Source of the DNA: a virus
IMG/VR virus record: IMGVR_UViG_3300031951_000034
Coordinates: 1 to 64,000 of that record
DNA length: 64,000 nucleotides
Reading direction: 5' to 3' (one strand)
The notes beneath the pieces were generated by a model, which was given only the letters and a program-made list of their open reading frames with translations, did no database searches and was not told the DNA's origin. How positions within the stretch are numbered: position 1 is the stretch's first letter; each line of letters begins with the position of its first letter. Both the position numbers and the translations under genes were made by a program. This document shows positions 38,156 to 49,727 of this stretch, in pieces.

Positions 38156-39783
38156 AAAATATACAAGAATGGCAGCAAGAAAATTCAATAAGGGCGTTTC
38201 CATTCAGTGAAAAAACAATTTCAGCTAATGGAATTCCAAAGGATTTTATCGTAGATCTTAAATTTTTTCCAGACTACTATTCAAACAATTCTATATATTT
38301 ATCTAGCGTTATATATAGCTCGCAAAATGATTCATACGTTCTTGAATTTAAATATTCACAAACAGAAGAAATAGCAATTATTTCTGGATCAATTTCTCGA
38401 AGAAGAAGCGTACAGAAAAATGGAATAACTACTAGCGTAAACAGAAAAGGAGATCAAATAACATTAAAATATAGTAATCCTGTATTTTCTCAGATAACTG
38501 GATATGCTACAAAATATGCGGTATGCATGTTTACTATTGGTTCTTCCTGGGATAACGCTTTGCAGAATTTATCCAACCTTGATAAAGAATCATCGTTGCT
38601 TGATTCATCGGTAATAAATCCAGGAAGCAAGGGTTTTAGGAGAGTTTTCATACAAAAACTTCCAGACTATATAACAAGCAGTAATCCTAATTTTTATGTA
38701 GCCCCCTCTATTCCAGAAGAAAATGAATGGGGCAGGGAGATTATACAAAAAATAAAAGCTGGGCCTAACGTAGTTTTCTCCAAAGATTTAGTAGACCCCA
38801 ATCTAATAATTGTTTCTGCTACTCCAGTAGCAACCACTAGTAATGATTCTACGCTAAACACGGACATTAAGTTTATTAATAATGTTGGCCCAGATGATAC
38901 AGGTAGATTTAGGTTGAATACTGTAGGATGCTTAACAAAAATAGAGAGACCAGAAACACGATTTTCTGATGACTCACCAGACGAACAACAAGATATAAAG
39001 TTATTGAATTCTGTACAGCTTCTCAGTGATTGTTTACCGTGTTGCGGGTGCGAAAAATACAGAGCATATACAGCAGCAATAGAGAGAAGGTCTAGAAAAT
39101 TAAAAGAAGTGTGCGATCTACTTGTGCAAATGGTTACATCAAACACCGAGCTGTACAATGACGCTGTAAATAAAATAAATAAAGAAAGACGGCCAATTTG
39201 TAGGGTGAGAAACCTGAGAGTATTTGAAGATCAATTTAGAATTAGTGTGCAGAACACCTGCTCAGTTCCAATTTATGTGGACTTTAGGTTGAGTGTTGTT
39301 GGAGGATTTGGCATAGAACCACAAAGTTTTTCTATACTAGAATTTGACCCTAGCCTGGAGTCAGACAAGCCACCCTTGATATATTCTTCAATCGAGGAGC
39401 TTCCTGCTTTGACTACTACGCCAAAAGACTATTACAATAATTCACCTGATTTACCTAGCGGATTTTTCGGAGGTTTTGTTATTGGATCAAACTCTGAATA
39501 TGGAGATATCAAACCAATAATGCCAGGTAGCTATACAGATATAACTTTTGTTGCTAATTTTCCTGTATTTGATTTAAAAGACAATAACCTTACAATAAAA
39601 TGTGAATCTAACGGCATATATGGTGGGACAGTTAACGACGATCAAGTATGGACAGGAACTTATGGATGCAAGAAAGATGTCTGGATAGCTAGATATGAAT
39701 ATGGTCCAGTTTTGCAGTCAAAAAGTTGCGGCGGAGAATTGATAAGTAGACAAACCTATAGAGTTATACAATTAGATCAATAA
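38152..39783 (+). CDS. fibre-adaptor-like paralog 2
   Basis: EWQQENSIRAFPF N-motif, IKFINNVGPDDTGRF motif, CLPCCGC plus coiled coil. Confidence 0.5.
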   Translation: MKNIQEWQQENSIRAFPFSEKTISANGIPKDFIVDLKFFPDYYSNNSIYLSSVIYSSQNDSYVLEFKYSQTEEIAIISGSISRRRSVQKNGITTSVNRKGDQITLKYSNPVFSQITGYATKYAVCMFTIGSSWDNALQNLSNLDKESSLLDSSVINPGSKGFRRVFIQKLPDYITSSNPNFYVAPSIPEENEWGREIIQKIKAGPNVVFSKDLVDPNLIIVSATPVATTSNDSTLNTDIKFINNVGPDDTGRFRLNTVGCLTKIERPETRFSDDSPDEQQDIKLLNSVQLLSDCLPCCGCEKYRAYTAAIERRSRKLKEVCDLLVQMVTSNTELYNDAVNKINKERRPICRVRNLRVFEDQFRISVQNTCSVPIYVDFRLSVVGGFGIEPQSFSILEFDPSLESDKPPLIYSSIEELPALTTTPKDYYNNSPDLPSGFFGGFVIGSNSEYGDIKPIMPGSYTDITFVANFPVFDLKDNNLTIKCESNGIYGGTVNDDQVWTGTYGCKKDVWIARYEYGPVLQSKSCGGELISRQTYRVIQLDQ

Positions 39784-39787
39784 TTAT

Positions 39788-40711
39788 ATGATAGGAGATA
39801 TTGAAGATTGGTATAATTTAAACTCATTAAGGTCTTATCCATTTGAGTATAAAAAATATGAATTATCAGACAAGAATTTTACATTCTCTGATTTATTGAT
39901 TGTTGATTGTATGGCAATTGTTCATGTGAATGATGCTAAAATATCTTTGTCTTCAATACATTTTTCTGGAAATATTTTTACAGCAACTTTTTATGACTCA
40001 ATCCTTGATCAAGATATTTTTATGGCTCAAGGAAGTCTTTTAAATAAATTTGTGTCATCTCCAATTATTCCGTTGTCTGATGTGGGGGTATCTGGGAATG
40101 TGGCTTTTGGTGATTTAACAAAATTCTATCACATGAGATTAAGCGGATTGCATAAATTTACAAATACAAATATACCTTTAATAAACTACTGTTATATATG
40201 TGCTGGAGAGCCCGCAATAAAATCAATTGAGTACAACATGGGAAAAGTAGTTGGAGACATAGACTTGTCTACGATTGGTTTACTTAACACCATGGTAGAT
40301 TCCAATAATAATACAATTAGGCAAATAAATCAAAACGGAGTTACCCAAAAAGTAGTAATAGATCAATCAAATGTTTTATTTTATTTATCCGACCCATCAG
40401 TCATAGAGGATATATGTCAACCTCCAAGGACTGTATGTGATTGTCCACATACACCAATTAAAAAAATTAATAATGTATCACCTAATCCTCAAAACGGTAA
40501 TATAAATATTGAGGTTGGTGATTTTAAATTAAATGAACAAAACGGAAAATTTGAATTAGAGGTTGGAAGCAGTTCCAGTGGATTAGAGATAGAAAATACT
40601 GCTGATGGTATAATTTTATCTTTGCAGAAAAATAGCGAAGAAATATGTGAAGACACTAAAATTATACCATTTCCAGATGGAAGACTACCTAGCGAAGAGT
40701 TTATAATATAA
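39788..40711 (+). CDS. fibre-adaptor-like paralog 3
   Basis: DWYNLNSLRSYPF N-motif, CDCPHTPIKKINNVSPNPQNGNI. Confidence 0.5.
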   Translation: MIGDIEDWYNLNSLRSYPFEYKKYELSDKNFTFSDLLIVDCMAIVHVNDAKISLSSIHFSGNIFTATFYDSILDQDIFMAQGSLLNKFVSSPIIPLSDVGVSGNVAFGDLTKFYHMRLSGLHKFTNTNIPLINYCYICAGEPAIKSIEYNMGKVVGDIDLSTIGLLNTMVDSNNNTIRQINQNGVTQKVVIDQSNVLFYLSDPSVIEDICQPPRTVCDCPHTPIKKINNVSPNPQNGNINIEVGDFKLNEQNGKFELEVGSSSSGLEIENTADGIILSLQKNSEEICEDTKIIPFPDGRLPSEEFII

Positions 40712-40713
40712 AA

Positions 40714-41433
40714 ATGGAAGCATTAACATACAAAGAGTGGAGAAATCAAAACTCCGAATCTACTTTTCCGTTTACTTACAATAATTCGGAAATAGATAAT
40801 ACTATTTTTATTGATGCTTCCTTAGTAGTCTATGAAGACACTGATATATGGTTATCTAGTCTGTCTTTGAAGGTTGATTCATTCTATGGAGAATTAAAGT
40901 CCGGTAGCTCTAGAAAATACACTTTTTCATCAAACGATCAAATTACCCCATACAAATTAATACCAATAATGGATAGTAGGGGTATTTCGGTAGGTAGTAT
41001 AATTACTGGTACATATTTTTTGAATTTATCTAACAATAGAAAATCTTTTTCTAAGAATTTTGACAGCAGACAAATTCTATTAAATCCTACTTGTTTATTT
41101 ACGTACCCATCAAAGCAGGTTTCTTCAATAAAAATTGGGCCTCAAAGAATAAATGGTTTTATAAACTTTCATGAAGGACCAGGGGTCGAGATGAATGGAA
41201 ATAGCAATATAATTGTTTTTGACTCTATAGGCAAAAATAGTTCTAATGCAATTGATGAATGCTGTGATCCAAATCAAATTATATTAAAAAAAATAAATGG
41301 TATATCTCCAGAGGAGCTAGATTTATATATAAAGCCAAGAGACGTTGGGCAGCCGTCTAACACACTAGACGAAAGACAGGTTATAAGAATAAATCAGTCA
41401 GAGGGTGGGATAAAAATAGAATTAACCAAATGA
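40714..41433 (+). CDS. fibre-adaptor-like paralog 4
   Basis: EWRNQNSESTFPF N-motif, ECCDPNQIILKKINGISPE. Confidence 0.5.
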   Translation: MEALTYKEWRNQNSESTFPFTYNNSEIDNTIFIDASLVVYEDTDIWLSSLSLKVDSFYGELKSGSSRKYTFSSNDQITPYKLIPIMDSRGISVGSIITGTYFLNLSNNRKSFSKNFDSRQILLNPTCLFTYPSKQVSSIKIGPQRINGFINFHEGPGVEMNGNSNIIVFDSIGKNSSNAIDECCDPNQIILKKINGISPEELDLYIKPRDVGQPSNTLDERQVIRINQSEGGIKIELTK

Positions 41434-42275
41434 ATAGCTCTTATCCATCTTTTTTCTCTGAAAACTCTAATAGATCTTTTCCTTTCGTAGAGAACACGGT
41501 TTCTAGTAAGGTTAAAAACTCGTGTTTCATAGATTTTAAATGCTGGACAAGGTTTAAGACACATGAGTCCCCCAGCCTATACTTGGTCGCAAACTATTCA
41601 GCAGATTTACCAAATGAGTATAAGCAATTTTTGTTAGATGGATTTTGCACATTATTTTTTTTAGTACACAAGGTACCAGAAAATGAGCATGTATTTAATG
41701 GGATGATATGTGTATATATTCCATTAGACAATTCTCAATGGCCGTATTTAGGTGTATCCAGTGTGTGGAATTCTAGTGGAATTAAAATGTTTGAATTAAG
41801 GACTTTGGTAAATTCTTCTGTATTGGATATTGCATCAAATCCTGATAATTATTTATTTCCATCAAATTTATTTAGCAACCAAGGTGATATAGGGTTAAAA
41901 ATAGAACCAACTCAAGTAATCTACTCAGGTAATATAGTTATCGATGAATTAAATATTGTAGACCAGGATGGATATCACAAAAAAAATATAAATGGTGATG
42001 TGAAGGTTTCTCCTGGATATAATTCCTATATTTATCAAGCTGATAAAAAGTTTACAATTAATTCATCCGCAAATATAGGATCAGGCAAAAGATATAATGA
42101 CGAAAAAAACGATATCTGTAATGGAGTATTTTCAATAAATGGAGTGACACCAGATGAATCTGGAAACTTTAAGATAGAGGGTGACAATGGCGTATTGATA
42201 TTCAATCTTCCGGAAGAATATAAAATAGTGGTAGCTATTGATCCAAAAACAAAAATAGCGAAATGCCAGACGTAA
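41430..42275 (+). CDS. fibre-adaptor-like paralog 5
   Basis: [13 protein letters not shown]-motif, [18 protein letters not shown]. Confidence 0.5.
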   Translation: MNSSYPSFFSENSNRSFPFVENTVSSKVKNSCFIDFKCWTRFKTHESPSLYLVANYSADLPNEYKQFLLDGFCTLFFLVHKVPENEHVFNGMICVYIPLDNSQWPYLGVSSVWNSSGIKMFELRTLVNSSVLDIASNPDNYLFPSNLFSNQGDIGLKIEPTQVIYSGNIVIDELNIVDQDGYHKKNINGDVKVSPGYNSYIYQADKKFTINSSANIGSGKRYNDEKNDICNGVFSINGVTPDESGNFKIEGDNGVLIFNLPEEYKIVVAIDPKTKIAKCQT

Positions 42276-44422
42276 AAAATACAATAACAGATTGTGAGTT
42301 TACTCCTCCATATATCTTGGAGTGTGAAGTAAAAATACCTAACTTTGTTTTTTTGTGTCCATCTCCAAAACAGGTTACACCAACCATATTTAGCGTAGAA
42401 TACGCTATACCTGGGTGTGTTGGGGCCACTGGCATACAAGGTACTCCAGGTGGTTTCGGTATACCTGGAGCAGTTGGAGCAATTGGGGCTACTGGGCAAA
42501 CTGGCCAACAAGGACTCCCTGGTTCTACTGGTATAACTGGTGATATAGGTTTAAGTGGCCCTCCTGGCCCTCCTGGTGGTTTTGGAGCAACTGGAGTAGA
42601 TGGACCCCCTGGAATCGCTGGACCAGTAGGTCCAGCTGGTCCAACAGGGCCTACTGGCCCACCAGGAGTTATTGGACCCAAAGGGGATACTGGAAAAAAC
42701 GGCAGCACTGGTCCCGCTGGACCAGATGGGCAACCAGGAAAAACAGGCAAGGTGGGATTACCTGGTTTACCTGGAAGCACTGGGACTGTTGGGCCTCCTG
42801 GAGTAGATGGACCTCAAGGAAGAGTTGGCCCAACTGGATCCAGGGGATTGCCTGGAGTATCTGGTCCTGTGGGGCCCCCTGGGCCTGTAGGGCCACCAGG
42901 TGGCGCTGGAGGACCTGGCGTTCCTGGAGCTTCTGGTTCTATTGGTCAACCTGGTGCTTCTGGCAGTCCAGGAAATCCTGGTACACCTGGTCCTGCTGGG
43001 CCTCCTGGTCCAATAGGAAATCCTGGACCAACTGGTCCACCTGGTACAAGCCCTTCTGGGCCACCTGGACCACCAGGAGGGCCAGGCCCAACTGGACCAC
43101 AAGGTCCTGCTGGCTCAAATGGAAACCCTGGGCCACCTGGAGTTACTGGACCACCTGGGGCGTCTGGTGCGCAAGGAGCATCTGGATCTGCTGGACCCCA
43201 AGGTCCTGCTGGACCTGCAGGTCAACCTAACTTAAATTTTGGTCCTCCTGGACCTCCTGGACCTAGTGGAACTCCTGGTTCTCCTGGTCCAACTGGACCT
43301 CCTGGCACTTCTTTACCGGGTCCTACTGGTCCTCCTGGACCTCCTGGACCTAGTGGAACTCCTGGTTCTGCTGGTACTCCTGGCGGAGTTGGGCCTGTTG
43401 GGCCACCTGGTCCTGCTGGGCCACCTGGTCCTTCAAACTTAAACTTTGGACTACCAGGTCCTCCTGGGGCAAGTGGCACTATGGGGCCACCTGGGCCAAC
43501 TGGACCTCCTGGAGCAACAGGTACAAACGGAAATCCGTCCCCAGGGCCAACTGGACCACCTGGTCCCCCTGGACCTGGGGCTTCTGGTAGTTACGGAAAC
43601 CCAGGGCCAACTGGGCCACCAGGAGCACCTGGTGCACCAAATTCTAATTTTGGACCTCCTGGTCCTGCTGGAACAAGTGTGCCTGGACTTCCTGGTCCTC
43701 CTGGACCCCCCGGAACAAATATACCTGGATTAACTGGACCGCCTGGGCCTCCTGGCCCAACTGGTCCACCTGGACCTCCTGGGCCAAGTGGAGCACCAAA
43801 TTCTAATTTTGGACCTCCTGGACCTCCAGGACTTCCATCTACTGTACCTGGACCGCCTGGGCCTCCAGGTCCTCCTGGGCCTAGTGGAACTCCAGGTACA
43901 TCAGGAAATCCTGGACCACCTGGCATAACTGGGCCTGATGGTCAACCTGGTCCTCCTGGAGCGAGCGGAACACCAAATAATAATCCTGGTCCTACTGGTG
44001 CATCTGGGGCAAGCGGGACCCCAAATACTACTCCTGGGCCTCCAGGTCCTCCTGGAGCCTCAGGATCAAATGGGCCTGCTGGAGCTCCAGGTCCTATTGG
44101 TCCACCTGGACCTGCTGGATCAAATGGTGTTGATGGGCTTATTGGCCCTATGGGACCTGTTGGTCCTCCTGGGCCAAGTGGTGCTGTAGGTGCACCTGGT
44201 GTATCTGGGCCCCCTGGCCCAACTGGACCTCCTGGTCTTTCTGGACCTCCTGGTCTTTCTGGACCTCCTGGTCTTTCTGGACCTGCTGGAGTAACTGGAC
44301 CCACTGGGGTAACTGGACCCCCTGGAAGTATACCACAACCTGGAACAGCTGGCGGAAATGGACAATCGAATTGTAGTGGTAGCTGTCAGATATGTTTTTA
44401 CATGAGAAGTCCAAGTTGCTAG
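42263..44422 (+). CDS. collagen-like fibre protein A (719 aa)
   Basis: About 640 aa of Gly-X-Y (GPP/GPT/GAS) between Cys-rich N- and C-terminal caps. Confidence 0.9.
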   Translation: MPDVKNTITDCEFTPPYILECEVKIPNFVFLCPSPKQVTPTIFSVEYAIPGCVGATGIQGTPGGFGIPGAVGAIGATGQTGQQGLPGSTGITGDIGLSGPPGPPGGFGATGVDGPPGIAGPVGPAGPTGPTGPPGVIGPKGDTGKNGSTGPAGPDGQPGKTGKVGLPGLPGSTGTVGPPGVDGPQGRVGPTGSRGLPGVSGPVGPPGPVGPPGGAGGPGVPGASGSIGQPGASGSPGNPGTPGPAGPPGPIGNPGPTGPPGTSPSGPPGPPGGPGPTGPQGPAGSNGNPGPPGVTGPPGASGAQGASGSAGPQGPAGPAGQPNLNFGPPGPPGPSGTPGSPGPTGPPGTSLPGPTGPPGPPGPSGTPGSAGTPGGVGPVGPPGPAGPPGPSNLNFGLPGPPGASGTMGPPGPTGPPGATGTNGNPSPGPTGPPGPPGPGASGSYGNPGPTGPPGAPGAPNSNFGPPGPAGTSVPGLPGPPGPPGTNIPGLTGPPGPPGPTGPPGPPGPSGAPNSNFGPPGPPGLPSTVPGPPGPPGPPGPSGTPGTSGNPGPPGITGPDGQPGPPGASGTPNNNPGPTGASGASGTPNTTPGPPGPPGASGSNGPAGAPGPIGPPGPAGSNGVDGLIGPMGPVGPPGPSGAVGAPGVSGPPGPTGPPGLSGPPGLSGPPGLSGPAGVTGPTGVTGPPGSIPQPGTAGGNGQSNCSGSCQICFYMRSPSC

Positions 44423-44449
44423 TATTATTACTAAATTTTTTTTATATCA

Positions 44450-46552
44450 ATGGATAAAGATTGTAAATTTATTCCCCCAGTTTTGTCTGATTGTGAGATA
44501 CAGGTTAAGCTACCAGATTTAATATGTAAAACTCCTGTTTTTGTATATAGTGTACTAAACACACAAGACTTAACCATTGGAATTCCAGGATGTAGTGGTG
44601 TTCCTGGAATTCCTGGTATAATTGGTCTTGACGGAAGCCCAGGCGCACCAGGCGCTCCCGGATTGATGGGTTCAACCGGTATTACGGGGGCCGTAGGAGT
44701 TAAAGGAGCAACAGGAGCAACTGGGTTAGCTGGTCCAACTGGTAACATTGGATTGCCTGGGCCCGCAGGACCGCCTGGGGATCCTATCCCTGGCCCAACT
44801 GGACCAATAGGAAATCAAGGCAAGAAAGGTGAAGATGGTCCCAAAGGAAACCCAGGTAAAGATGGTATACCAGGTCCTCCAGGATTGCCTGGGGTTCCTG
44901 GGTTAGATGGATCAGATGGTGTACGAGGTCTTCCTGGGATTAATGGAGCTACTGGATTACCTGGGGCTCCTGGGGTAATTGGTTTGACTGGGGGTCCGGG
45001 AGCGACGGGATTAACAGGAAATCCAGGCAATCAAGGACCTCCTGGGGTAGTTGGGGCTTCAGGCAACCCTGGACCCATGGGGCCACCAGGAGCGATTGGT
45101 TCTACTGGATCTGTTGGCTTACCTGGCCAAACGGGTAGTGATGGACCAGTTGGTCCTCCTGGTCCTGCTGGTCCTGCTGGTGGTGTAGGTCCTCCCGGTC
45201 CCCCTGGAGCATCAGGCACAGCTGGTCCTGCTGGTCCTGCTGGTGGTATTGGTAATCCTGGTCCAGTTGGTCCTCCTGGTGCCTCAGGATCTATTGGTGT
45301 GGCTGGACCTCCTGGTCCAACAGGACCACCTGGACCTACTGGTGTTGCGGGGACTAACGGTATTTCTGGCCCTCCTGGGCCATCTGGACCCGATGGAGTT
45401 ACTGGACCACCTGGCCCTACCGGTCCCCCAGGGGGCAATGGACCAAATGGCAACCAAGGTCCACCTGGAGCTACTGGAGTTGGTAACCCTGGACCTACTG
45501 GGCCTACAGGTCCTCCTGGGCCTAGTGGTACTTCCGGTAATCCAGGTGTATCTGGGCCGCCTGGATCAAGTGGACCTGCTGGACCTGCTGGAAACCCTGG
45601 AGTAACTGGACCACCTGGCCCAACTGGACCTCCTGGAGGTGTAGGACCTGCTGGATCTCAAGGTCCTGTTGGGCCTGCTGGAAATCCAGGAACTAATGCA
45701 ACCCCTGGACCTCCTGGACCTCCTGGACCTCCTGGACCCTCAGGCAGTGGCGGAGGCACTGGACCTCCTGGGCCTCCTGGACCTAGCGGAACTCCTGGTA
45801 ATAATGGACCAACTGGACCACCTGGCCCACCTGGGTACGGTATAACTGGTCCACCTGGACCACCTGGACCTAATAATGATGGCACCCCCGGAATACAAGG
45901 AGTAACTGGGCCTCCTGGTCCAACAGGACCACCTGGGCTACCTGGGAATGACGGTTTAACTGGACCACCTGGGCCTACAGGTCCTCCTGGATATAGTGTT
46001 ACTGGTCCTCCTGGTCCTGCTGGCCCTCCTGGAACTCCTGGAATATCGAATACTACTCCTGGACCACAAGGTCCTGCTGGATCACCTGGTCCTCCTGGAC
46101 CACCTGGACCATCTGGCTCGAATGGATACAATGGACCAACTGGGCCTCCTGGACCACCTGGACCAGATGGAGTAACTGGACCAGCAGGGCCGCCAGGACC
46201 TAACGGAAATCCAAATAGTAACTTTGGACCTCCTGGTCCTCCAGGTCCTACTGGCCCTGCTGGTTCTTCTAGCACTGTTAACGGGGTTCCAGGTCCGCCA
46301 GGTCCTACTGGCCCTGCTGGTCCTCCTGGGCCAAGTGGTGCTGTAGGTGCACCTGGTGTAACTGGACCTCCGGGGGTATCTGGTCCTGCTGGAGTTTCTG
46401 GACCTCCTGGTCTTTCTGGACCTGCTGGAGTAACTGGACCCCCTGGAGTAACTGGACCGCCTGGAGTAACTGGACCACCAGGAACTCCTGGGCCTCCTGG
46501 GCCTCCTGGTGGAAATACCTGTACTTCTTGCGTTACATGTAGTTGGTATTAA
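44450..46552 (+). CDS. collagen-like fibre protein B (700 aa)
   Basis: Same architecture. Starts DCKFIPP...C, ends [10 protein letters not shown]. Confidence 0.9.
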   Translation: MDKDCKFIPPVLSDCEIQVKLPDLICKTPVFVYSVLNTQDLTIGIPGCSGVPGIPGIIGLDGSPGAPGAPGLMGSTGITGAVGVKGATGATGLAGPTGNIGLPGPAGPPGDPIPGPTGPIGNQGKKGEDGPKGNPGKDGIPGPPGLPGVPGLDGSDGVRGLPGINGATGLPGAPGVIGLTGGPGATGLTGNPGNQGPPGVVGASGNPGPMGPPGAIGSTGSVGLPGQTGSDGPVGPPGPAGPAGGVGPPGPPGASGTAGPAGPAGGIGNPGPVGPPGASGSIGVAGPPGPTGPPGPTGVAGTNGISGPPGPSGPDGVTGPPGPTGPPGGNGPNGNQGPPGATGVGNPGPTGPTGPPGPSGTSGNPGVSGPPGSSGPAGPAGNPGVTGPPGPTGPPGGVGPAGSQGPVGPAGNPGTNATPGPPGPPGPPGPSGSGGGTGPPGPPGPSGTPGNNGPTGPPGPPGYGITGPPGPPGPNNDGTPGIQGVTGPPGPTGPPGLPGNDGLTGPPGPTGPPGYSVTGPPGPAGPPGTPGISNTTPGPQGPAGSPGPPGPPGPSGSNGYNGPTGPPGPPGPDGVTGPAGPPGPNGNPNSNFGPPGPPGPTGPAGSSSTVNGVPGPPGPTGPAGPPGPSGAVGAPGVTGPPGVSGPAGVSGPPGLSGPAGVTGPPGVTGPPGVTGPPGTPGPPGPPGGNTCTSCVTCSWY

Positions 46553-46573
46553 TATATAATACACTTACACTGA

Positions 46574-48685
46574 ATGAATGACTGTGATTTTACGCCACCG
46601 CTAATTGAGCCTTGTGACATTAAATTAATAGATCCTATTAATTTATGTAAAACCCCAGAGATATTAGACAATTTAGAAATCAATACTCAAATTGATCCGA
46701 TAGACGGGTGTCTCGGGGCAACAGGTCCATCTGGTCAACAGGGAATACCAGGAGTTAATGGATCTCCTGGTGCTTTTGGAATTACTGGAGCAACAGGATT
46801 AATTGGAGCAACAGGATCTACTGGGGTAACTGGCCCCATGGGTGATCCAGGCAGAAATGCAGGAGCTACTGGTTCTTTTGGGGCAATAGGAAAAAAAGGG
46901 GTAAATACAATGGGTCCAGTAGGACCCAGAGGCCCCACTGGACCAGATGGTTTACAAGGAGATACTGGACCAGATGGAGATGATGGACTGCCAGGTGTGC
47001 AGGGGCCACCAGGTAAAGATGGACCGCCAGGATTAAATGGAGCGACTGGATTACCTGGGGCTATTGGGGTTCCTGGGCTTAGAGGAGCTACAGGTATGCA
47101 GGGCGCAACAGGAAACGTAGGTCCGCCTGGACAAAAAGGATATGACGGACCAGTTGGACCGATGGGAGCAACTGGACAACAAGGTCCACAAGGAACCATA
47201 GTAGGTCCTCCTGGTGCGTCTGGCTCACCTGGTCTTGCTGGTCCATCTGGAACCCCTGGAACACCGAATACTACTCCTGGTCCTGCTGGTCCCCCAGGAA
47301 CAACACCTGGTCCGCAGGGTCCACCTGGACCCCAAGGGCCAGCCGGAGGGGTTGGCAATCCTGGACCACCTGGAGTTAGTGTCACTGGACCACCTGGGCC
47401 TCCTGGCGCTACTGGCGCGGCTGGACCGCAAGGAGCCCCTGGCAATCCAGGAGCTACTGGGCCTGCAGGATTGGCTGGGCAATCTGGACCGCCTGGAATT
47501 GCTGGACCATCTGGACCGCCTGGATCAAATGGGCCTGCTGGAGCTCCTGGCGCTCCAGGAATATCTGTGTCTGGACCACCTGGACCACCTGGACCGGCTG
47601 GTTACGGAGCTCCAGGTCCTACTGGTCCACCTGGACCAACAGGCCCTCCTGGACAAAATAACGCAGTAGATGGTGCATCCGGTCTTGCTGGTCCTCCTGG
47701 TCCAACTGGACCTCCTGGAACATCAGGATCAAATGGACCTGCTGGAGCTCCAGGTCCAGCTGGGTCTATTATTCCTGGAATCAGTGGACCTCCTGGTCCT
47801 CCTGGACCCAGTGGAACTCCAGGCTCAAGTCTTCCTGGACCTCCTGGGCCTACAGGTCCTCCTGGGGGTGGAACTCCTGGTCCTCCTGGTCCAACTGGAC
47901 CTCCTGGAGCATCAGGATCAAATGGGCCTGCTGGAGCTCCAGGTCCAACTGGATCTATTATTCCTGGACCTACTGGGAATACTGGGCCGACTACTTCACC
48001 GCCTGGTTCACCTGGCTCTCAGGGAGCTACTGGTCCTGCTGGTCCACCTGGACCAACTGGATCAGGAGGGCCGCCTGGATCAAATGGGCCTGCTGGAGCT
48101 CCAGGTCCAACTGGATCTACTACTCCTGGACCTACTGGCCCACCTGGACCTACCGGATCGCATGGCGTAGATGGACAAACTGGGCCATATGGTCCCCCTG
48201 GAGCATCTGGGGCACAAGGAGCAACTGGGGCATCTGGTACACCTGGTTCAGACGGTTCACCTGGCCCAGCGGGCCCATCTGGCTCGCCTGGATCAAATGG
48301 GCCTGCCGGACCTAGCGGATCTGCCGGTACGGACGGTTTAACTGGACCACCTGGGCCTACAGGTCCTCCTGGACCACCTGGACCATCTGGCTCGGCTGGA
48401 TACGATGGACCAACTGGGCCTCCTGGACCACCTGGACCTACTGGTCCCCCAGGAGTTGCCGGACCATCTGGGCCACCTGGCCCAACTGGACCTCCTGGTC
48501 TTTCTGGACCTCCTGGTCTTTCTGGACCTCCTGGTCTTTCTGGACCTGCTGGAGTAACTGGTCCTGCTGGAGTAACTGGTCCTGCTGGACACCCAGGTAC
48601 AACCGCTGACGGGAGTACTGTAGGTGCAAGAGGTCCCGGTGGATGCGCAAATGCTAATTCTTGCTGTCAGGCGAAATTCAGTTAA
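46574..48685 (+). CDS. collagen-like fibre protein C (703 aa)
   Basis: Same architecture. Starts DCDFTPP...C, ends [14 protein letters not shown]. Confidence 0.9.
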   Translation: MNDCDFTPPLIEPCDIKLIDPINLCKTPEILDNLEINTQIDPIDGCLGATGPSGQQGIPGVNGSPGAFGITGATGLIGATGSTGVTGPMGDPGRNAGATGSFGAIGKKGVNTMGPVGPRGPTGPDGLQGDTGPDGDDGLPGVQGPPGKDGPPGLNGATGLPGAIGVPGLRGATGMQGATGNVGPPGQKGYDGPVGPMGATGQQGPQGTIVGPPGASGSPGLAGPSGTPGTPNTTPGPAGPPGTTPGPQGPPGPQGPAGGVGNPGPPGVSVTGPPGPPGATGAAGPQGAPGNPGATGPAGLAGQSGPPGIAGPSGPPGSNGPAGAPGAPGISVSGPPGPPGPAGYGAPGPTGPPGPTGPPGQNNAVDGASGLAGPPGPTGPPGTSGSNGPAGAPGPAGSIIPGISGPPGPPGPSGTPGSSLPGPPGPTGPPGGGTPGPPGPTGPPGASGSNGPAGAPGPTGSIIPGPTGNTGPTTSPPGSPGSQGATGPAGPPGPTGSGGPPGSNGPAGAPGPTGSTTPGPTGPPGPTGSHGVDGQTGPYGPPGASGAQGATGASGTPGSDGSPGPAGPSGSPGSNGPAGPSGSAGTDGLTGPPGPTGPPGPPGPSGSAGYDGPTGPPGPPGPTGPPGVAGPSGPPGPTGPPGLSGPPGLSGPPGLSGPAGVTGPAGVTGPAGHPGTTADGSTVGARGPGGCANANSCCQAKFS

Positions 48686-48695
48686 TAATATATTT

Positions 48696-49418
48696 ATGCA
48701 AAAAACAGTTTTGATTATAAAGAGAGAAACAAGCAACAGTAATAGAATAGACAGCGGTAAGCTATTGCAGCTTGCAGGTTTTTTACTTAAAGTAAGTGTA
48801 GATGTTGCACACAATATAGATAGAAATATATTTGTAATGCAACGAGATGTTTCATCTTCTTATTCACAAAATGAATTAGACACATTTTATTCCGTAGCTT
48901 CAGTTGGAGAACTTGAATGGATACCAGCGAATCATCCGGATCCCAGTGGTACAAGTTTTTTTAGAACTGATACAATTGAATTAATGTTCGAAAGCAAAAA
49001 AGAATTAGAGGATTCTTGGAGGAAAATATCATCAGAGGTATTTAGCTTAGCTGAATCGAATGATTTATCTATAAATATTGAACCAGATTTAATCGCGTCT
49101 TATCCGTCAGATGCTATAAGTTTATATTATGGAGTTACAAATAGCACGCCATCGGCCACGGAAATATCTGGTTTAACTAACTTACCAACTCCAATACAGG
49201 ACCTTAAACATATAGACACATTTGATGGAGATAGTTATTTCACGGTAGCCATCCCAATATATACTAAAGACAGAAATTTTTATATAGACAATACACTTGC
49301 TTTGTCTGTAAAAAGTGATATGACAATAACAAATAAATACGATGTACCAATTCCATACAAAGTATATACAACTACTGATGAAGTTCCACCTGGACTTCAC
49401 ACAATAACATTTAAATAA
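48696..49418 (+). CDS. putative virion structural protein
   Basis: Start moved to the ATG at 48696 (MQKTVL), after the collagen C stop. Two-domain, beta-rich C-terminus. Confidence 0.5.
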   Translation: MQKTVLIIKRETSNSNRIDSGKLLQLAGFLLKVSVDVAHNIDRNIFVMQRDVSSSYSQNELDTFYSVASVGELEWIPANHPDPSGTSFFRTDTIELMFESKKELEDSWRKISSEVFSLAESNDLSINIEPDLIASYPSDAISLYYGVTNSTPSATEISGLTNLPTPIQDLKHIDTFDGDSYFTVAIPIYTKDRNFYIDNTLALSVKSDMTITNKYDVPIPYKVYTTTDEVPPGLHTITFK

Positions 49419-49419
49419 T

Positions 49420-49725
49420 ATGGTAATAACAAAAAAAAGAGCTTTATCTTTGGCTTCTTCATTGTCTATCGCTAAAGACATACCGGAGTTCATTCCAGTG
49501 TACGAGCAATTTAAAGTTAAAAATTCAGAGCTACAAAAAAAGAAAGGCTGCAGCTCTTGCGAAGTTAATTCATTATTTGCGGATGTATCTGATCAAGCAT
49601 TAGCAGTAATGACAACGCTATCTGAGAGCAGTAAGAAAAAATTAAAAGAGATACTAGCTACTGACGGGCCAATATATGTTTATAGCTCTAGCAAGGCCGG
49701 GGTCAATATGAAGAGGATAGATTAA
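49420..49725 (+). CDS. small CxxC protein
   Basis: 101 aa, KKGCSSC. Confidence 0.5.
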   Translation: MVITKKRALSLASSLSIAKDIPEFIPVYEQFKVKNSELQKKKGCSSCEVNSLFADVSDQALAVMTTLSESSKKKLKEILATDGPIYVYSSSKAGVNMKRID

Positions 49726-49727
49726 AT

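Noticed and set aside
44225-44285. 18-nt tandem repeats (also ~48488-48545) as a possible CRISPR array
   Set aside because: There are no unique spacers. The repeats are in-frame GPPGLS codons.
42035-48814. Many long alternative-frame and antisense ORFs over the collagen genes
   Set aside because: They are by-products of GGN-CCN codon repetition, which lacks stops in other frames. They have low-complexity translations and no independent start context.
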